NCBI GenBank assembly: GCA_038087875.1
Contig: JAXLNO010002938.1
Coordinates: forward strand, 620,001-684,000
Direction of reading: 5' to 3'
DNA: 64,000 nucleotides
From: Malacoraja senta
Lineage: Eukaryota
Notes under the pieces: model-generated
Database searches by the model: none
What the model was told of the DNA's origin: nothing
The model's input: only the letters and a program-made list of their open reading frames with translations
Position numbers and translations under genes: made by a program
Part shown: piece by piece, positions 34,231 to 48,002 of the stretch
Layout of the letters: every line of letters starts with the position of its first letter
Position numbering within the stretch: the stretch's first letter is position 1

Positions 34231-34505
34231 AGTACAGGGGCTGGCTGGTGGCATCACGCATAGAGACACGATCTTGACAGGGCCGTGGACAGGCGCAGCA
34301 GTCTGAGAGGTTTGTCAGGGTGAGTGAGTGAGAGGGAGAGAGAGAGAGGGCAGTGGGACAGTGAGAGGTGGACAGAGACATAGCCAACGGGACAAAACCG
34401 CAGTCACAGCGCCTGTGAGAAAGGGAGGGCCAGACAGATAGAGAAAGATGGGAAGTGAGAGATAGAAACAGAACCATAAGATTAGTTGACAAGAAAAGGC
34501 AGAGA

Positions 34506-34714
34506 NNNNNNNNNNNNNNNNNNNNNNNNNNNNNNNNNNNNNNNNNNNNNNNNNNNNNNNNNNNNNNNNNNNNNNNNNNNNNNNNNNNNNNNNNNNNNNN
34601 NNNNNNNNNNNNNNNNNNNNNNNNNNNNNNNNNNNNNNNNNNNNNNNNNNNNNNNNNNNNNNNNNNNNNNNNNNNNNNNNNNNNNNNNNNNNNNNNNNNN
34701 NNNNNNNNNNNNNN
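34506..34714. other. Assembly gap (209 N)
   Basis: N run next to a GA-rich tract. Confidence 1.
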
Positions 34715-34734
34715 ACGATACAATAGACAATGTA

Positions 34735-37700
34735 AATAGACAATAGACAATATGTGCAGGAATAGGTCATTCGGCCCTTCGAGCCATTCAATGTGATCAT
34801 GGCTGATCATCCCCAATCAGTACCCCGTTCCTGCCTTCTCCCCATATCCCCTGACTCTGCTATCTTTAAGATCCCTATCTAGCTCTCTCTTGAAAGTATA
34901 CAGAGAACCGGCCTCTACCGCCATCTGGCAGAGAATTCCACAGACTCACAACTCTCTGTGAGAGAAAGTGTTTCCTCGTCTCCGTTCTTAATGGCTTACC
35001 ACTTATTCTTAAACTGTGGCCCCTGGTTCTGGACTTCCCCAACAACGAACATGTTTCCTGCCCCAAGCGTGACCAAACCCTTAACAAACTTATATGTTTC
35101 AAGAAGATTCCCTCTCATCCTTCTAAACCCCAGAGCGTACAAGCCCAGCCCCTCCATTCTCTCAGCATATGACAGTCCCGGGAGAACATTGGAATATTAT
35201 CACCAATATAGAACATTGGAAAATTATCACCAATGCATCCAAGATTTCTAGAGCCACTTCCTTAAGCACATAGGGATGCAGACCATCAGGCCCTGGGGAT
35301 TTATCAGCCTTCAGTCCCATCAGTCTACCCAACACCATTTCCTGCCTAATATGGATTTCCTTCAGTCCCTATGACCCCAGATCCTCCGGCCACTACAATA
35401 TCAGGAATATTGTTTGTGTCCTCCTTAGTGAAGACGATTCCAAGTACCGGTTCAACTCAGCTGCCATTGCCTTGTTCCCCATAATAAATTCACCTTTTTC
35501 GGTCTTCAAGGGTCCAACTTTGGTCTTAACTAAATTTCCCCCCATCACATGCCTAAAGACGCCTTTACTATCCTCCTTTATATTCTTGGCTAGCTTATCT
35601 TCGTACCTCATCTTTTCTACCCGTATTGTCATTTTCGTTCAATTCTGTAGCTCTTTAACATTACCCAATCCACTTTTTTCCCGCTCATCTTTGCTACGTT
35701 GTACTCCTTCGTTTTTATTTTTATACTTTCCCTGACGTCCCTTGTCAGCCACGATCGCGCCTTACTCCCCTTGGAATCTTTCTTCCTCTTTGGAATGAAC
35801 TGCTCCTGCATCTTCTGTAAAATTCCCAGAAATACCTGCCATTGTTGTTCCACTGTCATCGCTGCTAGGGTATATTTCCAGTCAAATTTGGTCAGCTCCT
35901 CCCTCATGACTCAATAGTCCCCTTTGTTCAACAGTAATGCTGACACCTCCGATTTACCCTTCTCCCTCTCAAATTGTAGACTAAAACTTATCATATTATG
36001 GTCACTACCTCCTAATGGCTCCTTAACCCCAAGTTCCCTTGATCAAATCCGGTTCATTACACAACACCAAATCCACAATTGCCTTCTCCCTGGTAGGCTC
36101 CAATACAAGCTGCTCCATGAATCCATCACCAAGGCACTACACAAACTCCATTTGTTGGGGTCCAGTACTAACCTGATTTTCCCAGTCTACCTGCATATTG
36201 AAATCTCGCATAACAACCGTAGCATGACCTTTGCGACATACCAATTTGATATCTTGATTCAAATTACACCCTATACCCAGGTTACTATTTGGGGGCATGT
36301 GGATAACTCCCATTACGGTCTTCTTACCCTTACAATGTCTCAGTTCTATCCATACTGGATCTACGTCTCCTAATTTTATGCCACCCCTCGCAAGGGACTG
36401 AATTTAATTCCTCATAAACGGAGCTACCCCACTTCCTATGCCCACCTGTCAGTCTTTTCGATAGGGCGTATACCCATGAATATTCAGTTCCCAGCCCTGG
36501 TCCTCTTGCAGCCATGTCTCTGTAATTCACACAACATCATACTTGCCAATTTCTAACTGAGCCTCAAGCTCATCCACTTAATTTCTTATACTCCGCGCAT
36601 TCATTTACAACACTCTGACTTCGGTATTCGCCTCCCCTCCCACACGATTGGCCCTGACATTAATCACTTAACCCTTCTTGAAATGTCGTTCCCTTTAATT
36701 CTGGAGTCCTTTGTCACTTTTCCTGAACTCACTTCCCCTTTACCTCCATCTTTATACTCCCAATTTGTTAATCCACCCACCCCCTATTTAGTTTTAACCC
36801 ACACGTGTTGTACTAGCAAACCTGCCTGCCAGAACGTTGGTCCCCCTCCAGTTAAGGCGCAACTCGTCCCTTTTGTACAGGTCACCGCTTCCACAGAAGA
36901 GATCCCAGTGGTCTATTAAGATAAATCCTTGCTCCCTGCACCAGCCCCCCAGCCACACGTTCAGATTCCCGATCCCCCTGTTCCTGCCCTCACTAGCACG
37001 AGGCACTGGAAGCAATCCAGAGAGAAACAGCCAAGAAGTCCTCCTTTTCAGTCTTCTTGCTAGCTCTCTGCAATCACGTTGCAGAACCTTCTTCCTCTTC
37101 TTCCTGATCTCGCTTGTGCCCACGTGCCAAGGGGTCACAGTTTAAGGATAAGAGGGAAGTATTTTAGGACCGAGATGATAAAATCATTTTTGACACAGAG
37201 AATGGTGAATCTTTGGAATTCTCTGCCACAGAAGGTAGTTGAGGCCAGTTCATTGGCTATATTTAAGAGGGAGTTAGATGTGGCCCTTGTGGCTAAGGGG
37301 ATCAGGGGGTATGGAGAGAAGGGAGGGATGGGATACTGAGTTGGATGATCAGCCATGATCATATCGAATGGCGGTGCAGGCTCGAAGGGCCGAATGGCCT
37401 ACTCCTGCACCTATGTTCTATGTTTCTATGTTTCTATGTACACAACAACTGCCGGTTGTTCAACTTCCCTCTCGAGGATGTTTTGAATTCGGTTTGTGAT
37501 ATATTTCACCCTGGCACCGGGGAAGCAACAGACCACCCTCGAGTCTCACCTGCCGCCACAGAATCTCCTGTCCGCATCTCGGACAATGGAGTCGCCCACC
37601 ATATAGCTCTGCCCGACGTCGGCCTCGCCAGTCGAGCCTCATCGCTAGGCATGGAACGACCGATCAGTCCGCCACTCGGTCTGGAAGCGTCGTCTGCCTC

Positions 37701-38330
37701 GACAACTCCGAAAAGGGTGTACCTGTTTCCATTGGGCACAGCCACTATGGTCTCCTGCACTCCAGTGTTACTCCCCATTCTCCCTTTCGGTCTTCATGTA
37801 TCCTTGGCGTGACAACCTCACTGTATGTCCTGTCCAGGAAACTCTCGGTGTCCCGGATGGCCCCGAGGTCATCCAGCTGCTTCTCCAGTTCACTAACACG
37901 TTCGTTCAAGAGCTGCACCAGGACACAATTTCTGCAGGTGTAATTTCCAGAAGCAGCAGCAGTATCCCTGTTTTGCAAAATCCTGCAGGAAACAACTGCT
38001 CAAACATGCCTGCCATTTCTTCACAAGACAAAAGTCTCAATTTCCAACAAGTGTAGCCTCCTTGCCTCAGCCTCCTCCCGAAGACTCTTGAGCCAAAGAC
38101 TCACACTTTTCTCACAAGGCACTCCCCTCGACTGGCCGCTCCCCTAGAGCAACCTTGCTTACGTTGGCTGATTCATTGCCTAATTTGCCAATTTCCCAAT
38201 TTGCAAATACGATTCCTCAGCCATTCCTTCACCTGCTGCCGCACCTGCTCCGACCTCTTGAAAGTATTTTTAGCTGGTCCCGTCTGGTCCTTAAACATCT
38301 GCCGCAACCGCTGTCAGCCAATCCCCGCTC
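34735..38330 (-). mobile_element. Degenerate near-full-length CR1 LINE with internal RT deletion
   Basis: ORF1 zinc-finger/coiled segment (CRNCVLVQLLNERVSELEKQLDDL) and SGNH-esterase segment (LSGLLPVPRAS...DHWDLF...LNWRGTNVLAGRF), decayed endonuclease, and a 3' end with UTR at ~34735. Confidence 0.85.
37128..37440 (+). mobile_element. CR1 3' end nested in opposite orientation inside the CR1 ORF1
   Basis: GHSLRIRG...NLWNSLPQ...RGYGEKG* with a (TGTTTCTA)n tail, interrupting the VVVHVGT esterase motif. Confidence 0.85.
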
Positions 38331-38614
38331 CCTTCACCTGCTGCCACTCCTGTTCCGTCCTCCTTAAAAAGTATGTGCTGTCACTGGTCCCGTCTGGTTT
38401 TTAAGACACTTGCAACCGAGAGGAACACAGTGTACAAACCCCTAAGAGCTTACCTCCTAGGAAATCCCCGCTTTCTTTCAGCTGCTGTTGTTCCTGCTCC
38501 GGCCACTTGAAGGAATGGCCTGGACTAGGTCCATGATTGTCTTGAATTTCATGCAATTGAGCCGTTCCCAAATCAGGTAATGATGCATCCCATTAAATTT
38601 TTTTCAACGGCTTA

Positions 38615-39050
38615 TCAAATCACCGCTTGCACAGGTACTTCCCCTGCAAAAGCAGGAGATGCAACACCTGTCCCTGTACATCCCCTCACCCCCCCCCTTT
38701 CGACTCCGTCCAAGGACCCGTCAGTCTTTGCAGGTGAAGCATAGGTTCACCTGTACCTCCTCCTACCTCATCATCTGTAGCCGCTATTCGAGGTGTGTAC
38801 TCCCATATATCAGACTCGGCGAATGTTCCGCCGAAAAAATCCTGATCTCCTGGTTGCTCAACACTTCAACTCCGCTCCCATTCCAAAACTGGTCTTTCTG
38901 TTCTCCTCCAATGTCAGTATGAGGCACAGCGCATATACGTTTGGACTGCTTACACCCCAGCAGTATGAACATTGAGTTCTCTAACTTCAAGTAACCATTG
39001 TCTTCACTCGCATACCATCCCTCCTCCTTCCCAGTTCTTCAACTATCCTT
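38615..39050 (+). mobile_element. Degenerate Penelope-like GIY-YIG fragment
   Basis: SLQVKHRFTCTSS and VAQHFNS motifs, homologous to 9929-10437. Confidence 0.7.
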
Positions 39051-39059
39051 ACAGTAGTA

Positions 39060-41620
39060 GTGGAGTTGCGGATGGCATCAAACAGGAAATTAAAAATGCG
39101 TGCAACAAAGGTAAAACAGTTATAATGGGTGACTTCAATCTACATATAGATCGGGTGAATCAAATTGGCAGGGGTGCTGAGGAAGAGGATTTCTTGGAAT
39201 GTATGCGGGATAGTTTTCTAAATCAACATGTAGAGGAACCAACGAGAGAGCAGGCTATTCTAGACTGGGTATTGAGTAATGAGGAAGGGTTAGTTCGCAG
39301 TTTTGTTGTGCGTGGCTTGGGCAAGAGTGACCATAATATGGTTGAGTTCTTCATTAGGATGGAGAGTGACATAATTAATTCAGAAACAAGGTTTCTGAAC
39401 TTAAAGAAAGGTAACTTTGCGGGTATGAGGCGTGAATCGGCCAAGATAGACTGGCAATTGATTCTTAAAGGGTTGACGGTGGATGCGCAATGGAAGGCAT
39501 TTAAAGACTGCATGGATGAACTGCAACAATTGTTCATCCCAGTTTGGCAAAAGAATAAATCAGGGAAGATAGTGCATCCGTGGATAACAAGGGAAATCAG
39601 GGATAGTATCAAAACAAAAGATGAAGCATACAAATTTGCCATAAAAAGCAGCCTACCAGAGGACTGGGAGAAATTCAGATTCCAGCAGAGGAGGACACAG
39701 GGCTTAATTAGGAAAGGGAAAATAGATTATGAAAGAAAATTGGCAGGGAACAAAAAAACTGCCTGCAAAAGTTTTTATAGATATGTGAAGAAAAAAAGAT
39801 TAGTTAAAACATATGTAGGTCCCTTGCAGTCAGAAACATGTGAATTGATCATGGGGAACAAGGACATGCCAGACCAATTGAATAACTACTTTGGTTCTGT
39901 CTTCACTGAGGAAGACATGAATAATCTGCCGGAAATAGCAGGGGACCGGGGGTCAAATGAGCTGGAGGAACTGAGTGAAATCCAGGTTAGCCGGGAAGTG
40001 GTGTTAGGTAAATTGAATAGATTAAATGCCGATAAATCCCCAGGGTCAGATAGGCTGCATCCCAGAGTACTTAAGTAATTAGCCCAGAAATAGTGGATGC
40101 ATTAGTGATAATTTTCAAAACTCTTTAGATTCTGGAGTAGTTCCTGAGTATTGGAGGGTAGCTAATGTAACCCCACTTTTAAAAAAAAGGGAGGGATAGA
40201 GAAAATGGGGAATTACAGACCAGTTAGTCTAACATCGGTAGTGGGAAACTGCTAGAGTCAGTTATTAAAGATGGGATAGCGGCTCATTTGGAACGTGGTG
40301 AAATCATTGGACAAAGTCAGCATGGATTTACAAAAGGTAAATCATGTCTGCCGAATCTTATAGAATTTTTCGAGGATGTAACTAGTAGAGTGGATAAGGG
40401 AGAACCAGTGGATGTGTAATATCTGGACTTTCAGAAGGCTTTCGACAAGGTCCCACATAAGAGATTAGTATACAAACTTAAAGCACACGGGCTTGGGGGT
40501 TCAGTATTGATGTGGATAGAGAACTGGCTGGCAGATAGGAAGCAAAGAGTAGGAGTAAACGGGTCCTTTTCAGAATGGCAGGCAGTGACTAGTGGGGGTA
40601 CCGCAAGGCTCAGTGCTGGGACCCCAGCTATTTACAATATATATTAATGATTTGGACGAGGATATTGAATGCAGCATCTCCAAGATTGCGAATGACACGA
40701 AGCTGTGGGGGCAGTGTTAGCTGCGAGGAGGATGCTAGGAGGCTGCAATGTGACTTGGATAGGCTGGGTGAGTGGGCAAATGCATGGCAGATGCAGTATA
40801 ATGTGGATACATGTGAGGTTATGCACTTTGGTGGCAAAAAACAGGAAAGTAGACTGTTATCTGAATGGTTGCCGATTAGGAAAAGGGGAGATGCAACGAG
40901 ACCTGGGTGTCATGGTACACCAGTCATTGAAAGTATGCATGCAGGTGCAGCAGGCAGTGAAGAAAGCGAATGGTATGTTAGCATTCATAGCAAAAGGATT
41001 TGAGTATAAAAGCAGGGAGGTTCTACTGCAGTTGTACAGGGTCTTGGTGAGACCACGCCTGGAGTATTGCGTAGAGCTTTGGTCACCAAATCTGAGGAAA
41101 GACATTCTTGCCATAGAGGGAGTACAGAGAAGGTTCACCAGACTGATTCCTGGGGTGGCAGGACTTTCATATGAAGAAAGACTGGATAGACTCGGCTTGT
41201 ACTCGCTAGAATTTAGAAGATTGAGGGGGGATCTTATAGAAACTTACCAAGATTTTAAGGGGTTGGTCAGGCTAGATGCAGGAAGATTGTTCCCGATGTT
41301 GGGGAAGTCCAGAACAAGGGGTCACAGTTTAAGGATAAGGGGGGAATCTTTTAGGACCGAGATGAGAAGAATATTTTTCACACAGAGAGTGGTGAATCTC
41401 TGGAATTCTCTGCCACAGAAGGCAGTTGAGGCCAATTAATTGGCTATATTTAAGAGGGAGTTAGATGTGGCCCTTGTGGCTAAAGGGATCAGGGGGTATG
41501 GAGAGAAGGCAGGTACAGGATACTGAGTTGGATGATCAGCCATGATCATATTGAATGGCGGTGCAGGCTCGAAGGGCCGAATGGCCTACTCCTGCAGCTA
41601 TTTGCTATGTTTCTATGTTA
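39060..41620 (+). mobile_element. CR1 LINE, 5'-truncated (endonuclease C-terminus + RT + 3' UTR), with stops and frameshifts
   Basis: IMGDFN, LDWVLSN, SDHNMV, DKSPGSD, QHGF, DFQKAFDKVPH and NLWNSLPQ motifs; CTATGTTT tail at ~41610. Confidence 0.93.
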
Positions 41621-41649
41621 CTGTCTCCGACTATATTTTACTTCTAGTT

Positions 41650-41860
41650 GCTTTGTTGTTAACCTCTCCCAGCTAAAAATGGACTATTCTTAATTTTCCT
41701 TGATCTCAATTTCCTTTGTCCTAGTTACATCTTACACTTCCTCATCCATTTACCTCCCCCCCCCGGCATCAGTCTGAGGAAGGGTCTCTACCCGAAACGC
41801 ACCCATTCCTTCTCTCCAGAGATGCAACCTGCCCTGCTGAGTTACTCCCGCTTTGTGTCT
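41650..41860 (+). mobile_element. Penelope-type terminal repeat remnant
   Basis: CAGTCTGAGGAAGGGTCTCTACCCGAAAC...GCTGAGTTACTCC, same family as the other tails. Confidence 0.6.
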
Positions 41861-43869
41861 ATCTTCATAGAAAATAAGTTCTCTCCTATCAATATTGATT
41901 GTGGGCTGACGGTCAGAAAGTCGAGGGTCCAGTAGCAGATGTTAGTGCTGACTCCAAGTTCCAAAGGCTTGTAGATGAGCATGGGTGGGCATTATACTAG
42001 CAGCATAGCTGTATTCTATGAATATGTCTGACGTCGGTGTCTCAAGTTCAGAATCCAATTGGGAACAAAACTGTTTGCACTTGGTAGAGCAGGTAAACAT
42101 TTTCTTGCAGCAATTTTTAGGCAACTGTGTCACTTATGTTATATATCGTCTAATGTAGGTATAGGGCTGAATGTTGAGCCAGTGACATGCTATTAGCCGT
42201 GGACCTGTTGCACCGGTGGGCGAAGTGCAGTATATCAAGGTTGTCTTCTACTGTGGAATTTTATGCTTCCATTCGAATCTCTGTCAGGACCAGTCTTTCA
42301 TGAGTAAGCCAGTTGTGCACAGAGTTTTAAATTACATTTCTAATACCAGCCTCAATTGCATCATCTGGCAGCTCGTTACATCTGCCGAAGACCGGCGAAG
42401 AGAAAACAATGTGTCTCCGATTGCTGCTTAATCTTCCCCTTTCTCCCGAAACCTATGACCTCTGGTTCTCGAATGCCCGCGCCAGCCACATGAACGTCCA
42501 TGATTTGATATAGAATACAATTGGATCTGCATGTATCCACCACTCTGCTCTCTCAATTGCATAAAATATGCTGCCAGAAAATGATTACAAGCTGCACCGA
42601 GTGCAAAATGTGTTGTGTTCCTTCCTGGACACTGGGATTGATTGTAGATAATGGTCAAAACACCGAGCGGTGTCTGAGCATTGAAGGACCTCTCATCCCA
42701 CTACGACGCTGCTGCAGCTGCAGACACTAATCTAAAAAAGACGCGGATAAACTCAGTCGCACATGTGAATGGTGGATCGACAGTGGTGGATTTAAGAGAC
42801 TTTGAGATAGGCACATGGAAATGGAGGGAAAGAAGTGTTATAGATTATATGGAGGCCGATCAGAGTAGGTCATGACATTATAGTCTGCATATTTTACGTG
42901 GGCCAAAGGACATGTTCAAGTGCTGTATCGTTCTATGTTGTACTCTCCATTAAGCGCCCTTATTATCTGTGCATTATTCCCAGAACAGGTACATTTGTGA
43001 TTGAATCAACGGGTTATGCCAGCCATCGATCGCATTTATTAGCTTATTCACAACTGCACCATGCATTAAAATAATTGCTGCTTTAAAACTTGACAAGAAC
43101 GTCTGAAACCTGAAGGAGTTTGTCTGAAACCAGATGCAGCTAGAGATTGTCTGATTTGGCTATTAAGTCCAAGCAGTCGAGATAATCGTGCAGCAGAGCG
43201 GGAGAACAGCAGAACTTGCAATCCTTTTTCAAGCTATGCCTGAAATGTGGCAATGTGAAGACTGGTGAACATTTCACCAGAAAAATCGCCTGCATAATCG
43301 ACAGTCAGCAACTGGGCAAGTGGATACATTTCTGTGAGGCGCTACGACTATGGTCGGCTCAGTGGGAAACGCAGCCAATTGAAGGAAATCGATGAGATAA
43401 ATTTTGGATCCTGCATTGTTCTTACATTAATTTCCTTAAAATGTGTCGGCTGTGTTTATTTTCATCTCATTTCCTTGTTGATAAGTTTCGACTAATTTCG
43501 CCAGGAATCTTTGATTTAAACGGTGCGCTCTGTTGCATTGCGAGATGCAGTGCCCCGTATCTGTGTGCAAGCAGCTACCTGTCTGCGGGCTGGATTCCAA
43601 CACTCGCATTCCACAGGGTAGGGAGCGGTCTCGCTGCTGAAAGTACGTCCAACCGGTTCACTGTCACTCAACTGTGAAGAAAGCCGGTTGAAATTTATAT
43701 TTAACCCTATCCTTAAAGAAGTAAAGTAAGTTCGATACAACATCCTAGTTAAAAGATCCGCGGGCGTCCTGTCAGATTTACCGTTAACTGATGACAGGAC
43801 CCTGTCGCCCACGTGTCATTACACGTCATCCTCTCGGCGTGAAAGACGTTTTTAGCACGGATGCAATTT

Positions 43870-44127
43870 TTTAATTAAAAAAAAAAAAAATTTTATTTAT
43901 TAGAAGTACATTACCTTACAACCACATACATTAGTACTCGTCACTTATGTCTTCTTACAATTAATGTACTCCATTTATTTTTTACACTAGAAAAAGAAAA
44001 GATTGAAAGAAAGAAGAAAGTGAAGGAAAAAGTGAGAGTGTAGAAAATGTGACAACACGAAAGGACGAAGACCCTATATGAGCAAAATTAAAAACAAAAG
44101 AAAAAGAGTTAAGAAATAGACCCTAGT
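43870..44127 (-). mobile_element. Short 5'-truncated L1 3'-UTR insertion
   Basis: 12-bp TSD CGGATGCAATTT (43858-43869 and 44128-44139); shares TAGAAGTAC and AAATAGACCCTAG with the L1 3' UTR at 17908-18121. Confidence 0.65.
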
Positions 44128-45773
44128 CGGATGCAATTTAAGGACCAAGGAAACGCCTTTTCGACAAAGCAATGGCATCGATTCACCGTACTCATTTGTA
44201 ATTATCCCCATTATCCTCAATTTAACTGTAGTCTTTGATGCCTTGGAGATTTATGATTGCCAGGATAGTTAAATTTTGGGGGAGACATATCCTTAATCAA
44301 TGCATGCAATTTGTTCGTCCGGAAAAAAAATTTCCACGTCAGTTATGTAAAGTCATGTGCAAAAGTGGGTTGGGCTATGGGTATAATGGTAACGTGTTTG
44401 AAGAGGTATCACAGGCACATGGGATCAGACTAAAACACAGAAATATATTATGTGAATTATCTATACATTACATACAATATATAAAAGAAAGTGATCAATA
44501 CACAATTAAATCATAGTCAACAAGTCATAGACCCTTCGGTCCAACTTGACCATGCCGACCGCGATGTCCCATTCACAGTAATCTCCCCTGCCGGCACTCG
44601 GACCACATCGGTCTAAACATTTCCAATCTAATTACTTGCCCATATGTATTTTAAATGTTGTTATGGTATCTTTTTCAACGATCTCCTCTTGCAAATATTT
44701 CGATATATCCATATATCTGTGTGAAAAAGTTGCCCTCGGGTTCCTATTAAAACATTCCCCTCTCACTTTAAAACGTTGTCTTCTGGTTCTTCATTCCCTA
44801 CACTGGGAAAAAGACTGTTTCTATCCACCTGGTGATTTTCTACACCTCTATAAGTTCAACCTTCAGCCCCTTACACTCCAAGGATTGAAATCCAAAGTAG
44901 TACAAGGTTAGGGCCGTCGTCTTCCATTGGCGACGTAGGATTTGAATAGTGCGAAAACATGACATCTGTGAGATAGTAATCGTTACTGAATCTGATGTTG
45001 AACGATATCCGGTTACTACACCTCTTCACCGATGATGGCAGTGAGAAGAGGGCATAGACTGGATTGTGTGGTTCCTTGGTGATAGACGCAGCATTCTGCA
45101 GACAGTGTAAGTTTCGTTGATGAATCGGAAGGCTCATGGGTCGAGCTGAGACCACTCAGCAGAGCCTCCTGCGCTTCGGTGTGTAAGAATCACCGTAAAA
45201 TGCCAGAATGCAACCAATCAGGATATTGTCTGCTGGATTTCAGGAGAAATGTATTCGAGTACTGTATTCGGAAACAGAGTTTTGCGAATACTTATTATGT
45301 TTGCCCACAGCCTCCGCTACATGGAAACTATACTTTGTCTATACAGTTTATCCTCAGAGGGAAATGTTCCAAATCCGGGCAACATCCGTGTGAAACTCCA
45401 CGGCATTCTCTGTAAACTGATCACATTATTTCCGTAGTGTGGCGAAAGAATTGTATACTTCAATGTCGGCCAGCAAGTTTTTTACAATGTAACCTTGTTT
45501 GGTTCTAGGCATAGGCTCATGACAGCTTTTCTATCATTTCATATTCATTGAAAAACCAATATATATTTGATTCTTCGTTATCGCTCGGGGCCTATTATGA
45601 ATTGTGCTGTAGATTATACCCGACTCCCCCCTACACGCTGAGACATCGTCTTGGTTCCAAACACATTGCAACAGGAGAATGGTTACATTGTGGGACAGAG
45701 AAAGCTGCATTGGAACAGTGCCAGTGACTGCTTTGTCCAGGCCTGTCTCAATATTATTTGAGTTGCGAAGAAC

Positions 45774-47174
45774 ATTGCCTCAAGACATCAACCATCGTGC
45801 CAGTGCCCAAACAGTCAGCCACAGGGAGCCTCAACGATTTCCGCCCAGTGGCACTCACCCCTGTCATTGCTAAGTGCTTTGAGCGGCTGATCTTGGCTCA
45901 CCTCAAAGCCAGCCTCCCCCCCACACTGGACCCCCATCAGTTTGCCTACCGGGCCAACAGGTCTACAGAGGACGCCATATCGGCGGCCCTACACTCTGCC
46001 CTGACCCACCTGGACAACAACAACTCCTACATCAGGTTGCTGTTCATTGATTTCAGCTCCGCTTTTAATACTGTCATCCCCGCCAGCTTGATCACCAAAC
46101 TCAGCGGGCTTGGCATCTCCACCTCCCTCTGCAACTGGACACTGGATTTCCTCACCAACAGACCACAGTCTGTTAGGGTCAACAACCTCACCTCCTCCAC
46201 TATAACACTGAACACCGGCGTGCCACAGGGCTGTGTGCTCAGCCCTCTCCTCTACTCCCTCTTCACCCACGACTGCATCCCTAAGTACGGATCCAACGCC
46301 ATCATTAAGTTTGCTGACGACACCACGGTGGTAGGACTGATCAGTGACAACGATGAGTCAGCCTACAGAGAGGAGGTCCAGCACCTGACAACCTGGTGTG
46401 CCAACAATAACCTCGTCCTCAACTCCAAGAAGACGAAGGAAATTATTGTCGACTTCAGGAAGGTCAGTGGGGGCAGACATACCCCCATCCATATAAACGG
46501 GACTGAGGTGGAGCGCGTCTCCAGCTACAAATTCCTCGGGGTTCACATCTCGGAGGATTTGTCCTGGTCCCTCAACACCTCCAAGCTGATCAAAAAGGCA
46601 CAGCAGCGCCTTTACTTCCTGAGGAGGCTCAAGAAAGCCCACCTGTCCCCCCGGATCCTGACCAACTTCTACCGGTGTACCATCGAGAGTATCCTGACCA
46701 CCTGCTTCACGGTATGGTACAGCAGCTGCACTGTTGCGGACAGGAAGGCACTACAACGGGTGGTGAAGACCGCGCAGCACATCATCGGTGCCCCGTTCCC
46801 TGCCATGGATGCCCTCCACCGAAAACGGTGTCTGAAACGGGCTGGGAAGATCATTAAAGACCCCTCCCACCCCAACCATGGACTGTTTGCCCTCCTCCCA
46901 TCAGGGAGGCGGTACAGGAGCCTCAGGTCTCGTACCAGTAGGATGAGGAACAGCTTCTACAATCATACCGTCGCATTGCTGAACTCGGAGTCCCGCCGAT
47001 AGATTCCTCCGGTCCCTCCGTCCCCATTGTTTATTATTCTGTATTTTTTTTATTATTCTGTATCCTCTTTTTAAAAAAAATTCTATATTGCTATACTACG
47101 GACTGACGCAATACTGCATTTCGTTGTACCCATAACCAGTATTTGTACAATGACATTAAAGTTGAATTGAATTG
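45774..47174 (+). mobile_element. Young 5'-truncated Rex1/Babar-type LINE with uninterrupted RT
   Basis: Open frame to 47002 with [36 protein letters not shown] and RLYFLRRL; 3' tail AATGACATTAAA-(GTTGAATT)n. Confidence 0.95.
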
Positions 47175-48002
47175 AAAAAAAAAAAAAAAAAAAATAAAAT
47201 AAAAAAAAAACATTCTTATTTGCTTCAGGTTTTCTGCAGCAACTCCCTTGTCACAGACGTTTACAGTTGCACAGTAAATAAAATCACGTTCGAGACATCG
47301 ACAAGACGGTTTACCGACAATACGGTTTACCGAGAGAGAAAATAACATAACCGCTTTCGAGGTTTGCTGTTGTTTTATTGTTATTTTTTGTTTGCTCCAC
47401 TGTTTGCTTCAATATTTCGGTATTTTTCGCGGTTGTGTTTGGAAGTTTTACATCAATTGGCCCACATAGCCCTTGAAGTGAGCGAAACGCTTTGCAGAAT
47501 GAGATGTGTTTTGAGTAAAAGCTCAGGGTTTTTAAATGATTAACCGTATCTCTCCGTGGTTTCTGATTTAACTGTTGTTCCCAACATTTTCCGTCCAATA
47601 TTTCAGTTTTATGAAATGAGACAGAATATAGATCGAAGTGTTTACAGCCCCCTGTGTCTGTGCCGATCATTATTCCAAGGTAATCTAATCTCCTATGCCT
47701 ACACGTTATCCATACTCATCCAAATCCTGTATATCCAAGTGGCCTGATAAAAGCCTCTAAACTTAACTGCCATATCTGCTTCCATATCGAGCACGGGAGC
47801 ACATTCCAAGTACACATCACTCTCTTTGTAACATAAACTTGTCACGCACATCCCTTTAAACGTTTCTCCTTTCGTCGTCCATTCCTGATGTAATTTTGCA
47901 TTTCCACCCTCGGAAAGATAGCCTGCACGTCTGCTTATCACTATATCAACATATACATATTCATCGCAACAGAGAAATCAAATTAAGTTGGTCTACGTAG
48001 AT

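Noticed and set aside
34165-34280. SSCGFAWDGVTQ reading frame resembling the class I alpha2 GWDG motif
   Set aside because: Only a 4-residue resemblance; no other alpha2 residues, and an in-frame stop follows.
43240-43410. Possible ancient Gypsy gag remnant (RQ...VDTF...EALRL...DKF)
   Set aside because: It needs several frameshifts and stops to align, and there is no LTR or pol nearby; too weak to call.
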